Below are positions 1-7,392 of a DNA stretch of 31,867 bases, one piece after another. The notes under the pieces were generated by a model. It had not been told where the DNA came from, ran no database searches, and worked only from the letters and a program-made list of their open reading frames with translations. Origin of the DNA: Macrostomum lignano (Eukaryota); contig NIVC01003135.1 in NCBI GenBank assembly GCA_002269645.1, forward strand, positions 1 through 31,867, written 5' to 3'. A program made the position numbers and the translations under genes. How positions within the stretch are numbered: the stretch's first letter is position 1; every line of letters starts with the position of its first letter.

Positions 1-397
1 TCTGTTGCCATGCTGAGCCAGACACTTGACATATCTGAGGGCAGCGTTTTCACCATCCTGCATGAGAAGCTAGGGCTCAGGAAGATCACAGCTCATTGGG
101 TGCCCCATCAGCTCACTGAGGAGCAGCGGGTTCGCTGCAGTTAGGAGTTCTTGCGCTGCTTCGGTTCTGGTGGCACCAAGCGCCTCTCTGACATCGTTAC
201 CGGTGACTTGGCTCCGTGCGACTTCTGGGCCTTCCCGAAACTGACCGAGAGGCTGGCTGGGCGCCAATTTCAGAGGCCGCAAGACCTGGCACGCGCTCTC
301 AATTCAGAGTTGAGGGCATTCACTGAATTGGAGTACCGCGGCACCTTTGATTTGTGGCTACGGAGGCATCAAAAGTGACTACATAGAAGGACTGTAA
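1..397 (+). mobile_element. Decayed, internally deleted mariner (Tc1/mariner) transposase remnant, inside intron 1 of the SLC13 gene
   Basis: Frame 1 reads ...LGLRKITAHWVPHQLTEEQ (mariner WVPHEL motif), in-frame TAG at 142-144, then IVTGD joined directly to LAPCDFWAFPKL (YSPDLAPSDF motif). The mariner-type C-terminus DYIEGL* follows in another frame at 377-397. Confidence 0.85.
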
Positions 398-532
398 ACC
401 CTTACTTTTAGAATAATGAGCTTGCACTGGATTTTAGTAGTCTGTTGCCAAAACTTTGAATATGTGAGAGTGAATAAACTAAGGAAATGATGGCGGAGAC
501 TGGGAGCAAACGGCAGTGTGATCTCAGCTCAC

Positions 533-682
533 CATGGTCCCGATGCGGAACAGCAGGGGCAGCAGGGCAACCGGGATGCCCACCATGATGCACTGCACCC
601 GGTAGGCATAGACCACCTTCGCAGCAGTGCCAATGGCCCTGCCCAGGGTCGACAGAGCGCTGGCCGGTCGCTCCTGGTCCAT
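533..682 (-). CDS. First coding exon (50 aa) of an SLC13-family Na+/dicarboxylate-citrate/sulfate cotransporter; gene continues beyond the left edge
   Basis: MDQERPASALSTLGRAIGTAAKVVYAYRVQCIMVGIPVALLPLLFRIGTM|gtgag resembles the SLC13 N-terminus as recalled (LWAYRSYLIVFFVPILLLPLP), with a phase-0 donor where SLC13 intron 1 lies. An in-frame TGA lies 6 nt upstream of the ATG. Too short for the ORF track. Confidence 0.7.
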
Positions 683-924
683 TGTGCGTCACTCCTTGAA
701 GATGACGGTTCGATAAGCAAGGTGGCGCGGGGCTGGCAACAGAGAGGGCTGTCAGCTGCTGTCGGGACAAGCGCTGTTCAGCCATTCCTAGGGTTTCACT
801 CAAATACCGTAGAGAGACGCTCAGTTCTGCCCCCCCCCCGTCTGATTGGCTGACTGACGGTTCAAGGGCCCCACAGTCAAAGGCGGTGGCCTGTTTTTCC
901 GCTCTCGAGATCGGACTGAGTTTT

Positions 925-1030
925 GGCTCTTTTGGAGTAGAGAGGAAAGAGATTGGAAAGAAAGGAGAGAATGGAGGGGAGAGGAGAGAGCAGAGAGGGA
1001 AGAGGGGGTGGAAGGGAGGGAGGGAGATGG
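925..1030. repeat. GA-rich low-complexity tract
   Basis: Nearly pure purine run (agagaggaaagagattggaaag...gggagggagatg). Confidence 0.8.
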
Positions 1031-1714
1031 TAGTTAAAAGATAAAATTCGCCCATGGGAGTCCTTCACTGGTTGCAACTGAGCGCATCAGTCATTCATTG
1101 CTGGAGATTCAGGAGTTGCACCTGGCAAAGACGAGACCAGCAAAGTGGAGTAGAAAGGCATGAATTCCATGCTATGAATCTGCACTTCTCAGCAGTAAGG
1201 CAGCCAGTCAAGCAGCCCAGAACTGACCAAAAACTGTCAGCAGGTGCCAGTGCAGGAAAGGCCGGAGCGAAGTGCGCAGTTCTGACGAATTCGGAAAATG
1301 CCAAGCCAGAGCGGGGCCTCCTCAGGTGGTTGAACACATCGTGCCCAGAGCCGCAGGCGGGCGTTGGAATGCCGATATATTCGGGGCAGCAGACCCGGCC
1401 TGCGCAAGAGAACAGTAGCGAAATCTGCCAGTCTGGCTGACTGCTGCACTTGCCAGACTTTGCTGAGACCTGTCGGCATAGAGAAGACATGCACGGCGGT
1501 TGCCACACTGCGATCCTGTTCCTATTCTGGACTTTTCAAACTCTCTATTCGATCACTCCCTTCTCCCAGCTCCGGTCCCCGAGTTTGATTCCTCGCGCTA
1601 AAGCACCTGGGTTCGATTCTCGCGAGGCCAAATTTCACTTTCTGACTGAAGCAGCAGCGCGTGCCTGCCTAAGCATCCGTGTGCCCGCTCTCGGGGTCAA
1701 GAATGAGCAGGACT

Positions 1715-1918
1715 GGCTGCTGCATCCTTGCCGGCTGCTGCATCCTTGCCGGCTGCTGCATCCTTGCCGGCTGCTGCATCCTTGCCGGCTGCTGCATCCT
1801 TGCCGGCTGCTGCATCCTTGCCGGCTGCTGCATCCTTGCCGGCTGCTGCATCCTTGCCGGCTGCTGCATCCTTGCCGGCTGCTGCATCCTTGCCGGCTGC
1901 TGCATCCTTGCCGGCTGC
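1715..1918. repeat. 18-bp minisatellite (GGCTGCTGCATCCTTGCC) x~11
   Basis: Perfect tandem copies visible directly. Confidence 0.97.
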
Positions 1919-1968
1919 AGATTGACTGATTGATTTGACACAGCGGCACATGGCCACTGACTAAAAAT

Positions 1969-2123
1969 TGACTGACTGACTGACTGACTGACTGACTGAC
2001 TGACTGACTGACTGACTGGCTGACTGACTGACTGACTGACTGACTAGCTGACTGACTGACTGACTGACTGACTGACTGACTGACTGACTGACTGACTGAC
2101 TGACTGACTGACTGACTGACTAG

Positions 2124-2168
<45 letters not shown>

Positions 2169-2265
2169 TGACTGACTGACTGACTGACTGACTGACTGAC
2201 TGACTGACTGACTGACTGGCTGACTGACTGACTGACTGACTGACTGGCTGACTGACTGACTGAAG
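1969..2265. repeat. (TGAC)n tetranucleotide microsatellite, ~70+ copies with few interruptions
   Basis: Direct observation. Confidence 0.98.
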
Positions 2266-2483
2266 CTGACCAATTTAGCTACATGTAACTGCTACTTGGA
2301 GTAGCAAGCGCAGGACTTGCAAATCGCAAAAATCTGCAGAAAAGTAACAAAGGAAAAAACAGGGATTCGAACAGCATTTATGGGCAGATTTAGGCAAGGC
2401 GGTGGCCGCCTGCTCCGGTCTGTATTTGTACAGCTAATAAAGGCAGTCTCAGAACTCTCGCAGGCAGTGTGAAATGCGAGTCC

Positions 2484-3001
2484 TCAGTGGGACACGTCGG
2501 GCAGCAGCTGGGCAAAGGACTCGGCCTGCTTCATCAGCTTGAGGTGTCCGCCCGGCACGGTGGACCGCACAGCCGAGAGCTTCAGCACCACTCCAGACTT
2601 GAAGACGTCCTGCAGCTCTTCCTTGGACCTGGTGGCGATCTCGCGGATGTTGGCGCCGTCCTGCCCGATCACGCAGGCGAGGGCGCGCAGCGAGGGGCAG
2701 CGGATGCGCGCGCTGATGAACAAACGGCCGTCGCGGGAGCGGTCCAGGTCCAGCAGTTCGAAGCCCAGGCGGTACGGCACCTCCTGGGGAAGCAGGTCCA
2801 GGCAGCGGGCCCAGATGCACATGCGGACCAGGTCCAGCGGCTCCATGTCCGACAGGCAGGAGCTGTGGAAAAGCCACGGCCGGGGCAGCGCGATGGAGAA
2901 TAGGTAATCCCGGAGCCGGTCCACTCCGTGGCCCGTGGCGGCCGACACCATGAACACCTCCTGCGGATGGGGTGGATGGGTAGGCAGATGGAGACAGAAA
3001 C

Positions 3002-3098
<97 letters not shown>

Positions 3099-6000
3099 TA
3101 GACAGATAGACAGTATTCCCCCAGCAACCGGGTCTCACCTGGAAGCCGCGCCACGTGGCCTGGCCCTGAATCAGGCAGCCAATTTCGCGCCAGCGTCGCC
3201 GGCGCGCCAGGGCCTCCTCTTTGGTGACGGCGCCAAGCAGCATTTGCTCGCGCAGCCAAAGGGCGAACGGGTCCAGCTGCGAGAGGCTGGGCGGCCGCCC
3301 CCCGCTGGCCAATGCGCTACGGTCGTCGGCCTCGGCCAGGCTGGCGGGCAGCGGGTCGTCGTCTGTGAATGAAGGGATAAAGAGATCGAAATGAATTGGG
3401 AGAAGGGAAATGGAGATCACAGGCTAATCAGGGACAATGGAGGTCACAGGCTAATCAGGGACAATGGAGATCACAGGCTAATCAGGGACAATGGAGGTCA
3501 CAAGCTAATCAGGGACAATGGAGGTCACAGGCTAATCAGGGACAATGGAGGTCACAGGCTAATCAGGGACAATGGAGGTCACAGGCTAATCAGGGACAAT
3601 GGAGGTCACAGGCTAATCAGGGACAATGGAGGTCACAGGCTAATCAGGGACAATGGAGGTCACAGGCTAATCAGGGACAATGGAGGTCACAAGCTAATCA
3701 GGGACAATGGAGGTCACATGCTAATCAGGGACAATGGAAGTCACAGGGACAGTGGGGGATATGACAGTCTCAGGACACCGAGCTCACTCACCTTCGTTCT
3801 CAGTCGCCCCCTCACCGCCGTCGGGCACAGCCGTCAGCAGCCGTTGCTCGTCCGCTTCGTCGTCCAGCAGTGCGACTCGCCGGTTCTCCTCAAGCAGCAG
3901 CGGAGTCGGCGCGGGCGGGTTGGGGCCCCACATGAGAACGTCGGGCGGAGGCAACAGGTGCCGCTGCAGCCGCTCCACAGGGGGCACCAGGTACCGCTCC
4001 CAGCTCGGGTCCCAGCGGCCGTGCCAGTCGCTGCCGTCCGTGAGGGCGGCCTCGTCTGCGGCCTGGGCGGAAAATTCAACGGGTGAAGAGGGTTCCACAG
4101 GGTCAACCGATTGTGGAAGGTCCAGGGTTCGATTCCTAGGATCTATAACGTGTACGAGTATTTATTAGTCACGTTCCCGGATTCGGTTCCAACAATGGTC
4201 TTGGTCCGTAACATATATATAAGCCAAAGGTCCTGGGTTCGATTCCAGCAATCGATAGCTTTGGTCGGGAATGTGTAACGAGTACAGTAACCAACGTCCC
4301 GGGTTCGATGCCCCCAGTCAGCCAGGATCATCACCAACCAACCTCAGCGCGGCCCTCCAGCGCCTGCAGCTCGCGGACGGCCCGGTCGATGGCCTCGATG
4401 CGGCCGGCGTACTTGTCCACGTGGCTCACCCGGCCGGCCACCACACCGTCGGTGAGGCAGCGGACCGTGTCCAGCAGGCGCACCCGGCTGCCGCGCAGGA
4501 GGTCCACCTTGTTCAGCACCAGCACAGACGGCTTGTCGGCAAAGTAATGCAGCGCCTTCAGCACCTCCGGGTCCAGGCGGCTGCGCGACGGCTTGTGGGA
4601 GACGTCGGCCATCACCAGGATGAGGTCGGCCTGCGGGCAAGTGGCGGCAGCAGGTCACAAACTGGCACGTGATGCATCACCAGATTGCTTATCGTAAGGC
4701 AGAGACAAGGATATGAGGCTGAGAGAGGCGGAGAAGAGGAGCGGAGAGGAGGGGAGAGGAGCGGGGGAGAAGAGGGAGCGGGGGAGAAGAGAGGAGCGGG
4801 GGGAGAAGAGAGGAGCGGGGGAGAAGAGAGGAGCGGGGGAGAAGAGAGGAGCGGGGGAGAAGAGAGGAGCGGGTGAAAATAGGGGAGCGGGGAGAAGAGA
4901 GGAGCGGGGGAGAAGAGGAGAGTGGGGGAGAAGAGGGGAGCGGGGGAGAAGAGGGGAGCGGGGGAGAAGAGAGGAGCGGGGGAGAAGAGGGGAGTGGGGG
5001 AGAAGAGGGGAGCGGGGGAGAAGAGGGGAGCGGGGGAGAAGAGAGGAGCGGGGGAGAAGAGGGGAGCGGGGGAGAAGAGAGGAGCGGGTGAGAAGAGGGG
5101 AGTGGGGGAGAAGAGAGGAGCGGGTGAGAATAGGGGAGCGGGGGAGAAGAGGGGAGCGGGGGAGAAGAGGGGAGCGGGGGAGAAGAGAGGAGCGGGTGAG
5201 AAGAGGGGAGTGGGGGAGAAGAGAGGAGCGGGGGAGAAGAGGGGAGCGGGGGAGAAGAGGGGAGCGGGGAGAAGAGAGGAGCGGGTGAGAAGAGGGGAGT
5301 GGGGGAGAAGAGAGGAGCGGGTGAGAATAGGGGAGCGGGGGAGAAGAGAGGAGCGGGTGAGAATAGGGGAGCGGGGGAGAAGAGGGGAGTGGGGGAGAAG
5401 AGGGGAGCGGGGGAGAAGAGGGGAGCGGGGAGAAGAGGGGAGCGGGGGAGAAGAGAGGAGCGGGTGAGAAGAGGGGAGTGGGGGAGAAGAGAGGAGCGGG
5501 TGAGAAGAGGGGAGTGGGGGAGAAGAGAGGAGCGGGTGAGAATAGGGGAGGGGGAGAAGAGAGGAGCGGGTGAGAATAGGGGAGCTGGGGAGAAGAGAGG
5601 AGCGGGGGAGAAGAGGAGAGTGGGGGAGAAGAGGGGAGCGGGGCAGAAGAGGAGAGCGGGGGAGAAGAGGGGAGCGGGGGAGAAGAGAGGAGCGGGTGAG
5701 AAGAGGGGAGTGGGGGAGAAGAGAGGAGCGGGGGAGAAGAGGGAAGCGGGGAGAAGAGAGGAGCGGGTGAGAAGAGGGGAGTGGGGGAGAAGAGAGGAGC
5801 GGGTGAGAATAGGGGAGCGGGGGAGAAGAGGGGAGCGGGGGAGAAGAGGGGAGCGGGGGAGAAGAGGGGAGTGGGGGAGAAGAGGCGCAGTAAGATGGCA
5901 GTTGTAGACAAGCACTGGTACTGAGAGCTAATGAAACGAGGCAGGTGTTCATCAGCAGGTCCCACCTGAAACACGGTGGAGTGCACATCCCGCATGATGT

Positions 6001-6457
6001 AGTTCTCCAGGTTGAAGCGCTTTCGCCTCTGTTCGCTGAGCAGCCCCGGCAGGTCCAGGAAAACCAGCTGTGAGTTGCCCCGGGTGCTGATGACGGCCTG
6101 CTTGGAGCGGGTGGTGTTGATCCGCTGGGACACGGCGCAGGACCTGTAGCAGGACAGCATGTTGACCAACGAGCTCTTGCCCACGCCGGTGGGGCCCAGC
6201 ACGGCCACGCGCAGCAGGCGGGCATCGGGCGGCGAGTCCGGGCGCAGGTAGGAGAGCTTCTGCCACAGGCTGCGCGCCTTCTCGACCGACTTGTCCGCCT
6301 GCGCAGCGGCTGGAAGGTCGGCAGCTGCTGAGGCGGCGGCCCGGCTGAACAGCAGAGCCGGGAGTCTCTGCTGGTGGCAGCCGCCGCGGCAGATTCGAAC
6401 TGCCGACGAAACTGCAGCCTGGAGATTCGATGCAACAGTGCTTATGCTATTGTGCAT
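2484..6457 (-). CDS. ERAL1: Mitochondrial Era-like GTPase (12S rRNA chaperone), 5 exons: join(6457..5966, 4630..4343, 4062..3792, 3362..3139, 2960..2484), ~583 aa
   Basis: G1 GPTGVGKS, G2 TTR, G3 DLPG, G4 NKVD, G5 SAA, then PQEVPY and a KH domain (VIGQDGANIREI). All introns are GT-AG with compatible phases (0,0,1,0). The Ala/Arg/Ser-rich N-terminus resembles a mitochondrial presequence. The exon 3 donor could alternatively be at 3816. Confidence 0.93.
2990..3112. repeat. (CAGA)n microsatellite in ERAL1 intron 4
   Basis: Direct observation. Confidence 0.97.
3408..3745. repeat. 27-bp minisatellite (GGTCACAGGCTAATCAGGGACAATGGA) x~12 in ERAL1 intron 3
   Basis: Direct observation. Confidence 0.97.
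4115..4315 (+). repeat. Degenerate tandem array of ~55-66-bp units, each carrying a tRNA T-arm/B-box motif, in ERAL1 intron 2
   Basis: GGTTCGATTCC at 4126 and 4236, GGATTCGGTTCC at 4179, GGTTCGATGCC at 4302. Shared tgt(a)acgagta and ttggtc motifs lie between them. Confidence 0.6.
4725..5885. repeat. G/A-rich ~17-18-bp minisatellite (GGGGGAGAAGAG[A/G]GGAGC) filling ERAL1 intron 1
   Basis: Direct observation; about 60 variable copies. Confidence 0.96.
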
Positions 6458-6585
6458 GCTTTGGAGCTACTGAAAGTAGTATTATCTCTTTTATCATCCT
6501 GATAACCTGCTTCGACATACGGCCACACCTGCTGCTATGAGTAGTGAATGCTTGCTGCACCATCCATTATTCGACTGGACTGGCC

Positions 6586-7156
6586 CAGGTGAGCCGCTAA
6601 ATCCCCCCCTGGAGCACAGGTGAGCTGCTAAATCCCTACCAGGAGCACAGGTGAGCTGCTAAATCCCTACCAGGAGCACAGGTGAGCTGCTAAATCTCTA
6701 CCTGGAGCACAGGTGAGCTGCTAAATCCCCACCTGGAGCACAGGTGAGCTGCTAAATCCCTACCAGGAGCACAGGTGAGCTGCTAAATCCCTACCAGGAG
6801 CACAGGTGAGCTGCTAAATCCCTACCAGGAGCACAGGTGAGCTGCTAAATCCCTATCAGGAGCACAGGTGAGCTGCTAAATCCCCACCTGGAGTATAGGT
6901 GAGCTGCTAAATCCCCACCTGGAGCACAGGTGAGCTGCTAAATCCCTACCAGGAGCACAGGTGAGCTGCTAAATCCCTACCAGGAGCACAGGTGAGCTGC
7001 TAAATCCCTACCAGGAGCACAGGTGAGCTGCTAAATCCCTACCAGGAGCACAGGTGAGCTGCTAAATCCCTACCAGGAGCACAGGTGAGCTGCTAAATCC
7101 CCACCTGGAGCATAGGTGAGCTGCTAAATCCCGACCTTGAGCACAGGTGAGCTGCT
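6586..7156. repeat. 31-bp minisatellite (CAGGTGAGCTGCTAAATCCCTACCAGGAGCA) x~18 between MRPS2 and ERAL1
   Basis: Direct observation. Confidence 0.97.
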
Positions 7157-7392
7157 CATTTACTTTAGTAAAATTTATCGAAACACAAATATCAGAAAAG
7201 CACAGCTGTCTAGTTGCATACTTTTAATTCACAATAAACAGATATTAATAGGAACCGAGTGCACTGGACACGGATACTACTTGAAAACTAGCATGCATGC
7301 ATGGCTGCTCTATTACACAGAGGCGTGAAAATTCAGCGACAGATTAGAAAAAAGAGGAGCAGAGGAAACAATGATTGCGCAAAGGCCTCTCG

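Noticed and set aside
1320-1420. HNH-like peptide VVEHIVPRAAGG in plus frame 3
   Set aside because: Short frame bounded by stops and lacking the downstream N and CxxCN/H residues. Probably chance.
2334-2365. Strong U-rich acceptor (ttactttttctgcag) downstream of the ERAL1 stop as a third operon junction
   Set aside because: No ORF or donor follows it, and the next gene is 1.6 kb away with its own CCAAT box. More simply a 3' UTR or downstream U-rich tract.
4612-6435. 600-aa ORFs and other long ORFs across ERAL1 intron 1
   Set aside because: Stop-free translation of a purine/pyrimidine minisatellite. Only 5966-6457 is real coding sequence.
6586-7156. CRISPR-like regularly spaced repeats (also the other 21-44-bp arrays)
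   Set aside because: Head-to-tail tandem units with no unique spacers, no cas genes and a eukaryotic intron context.
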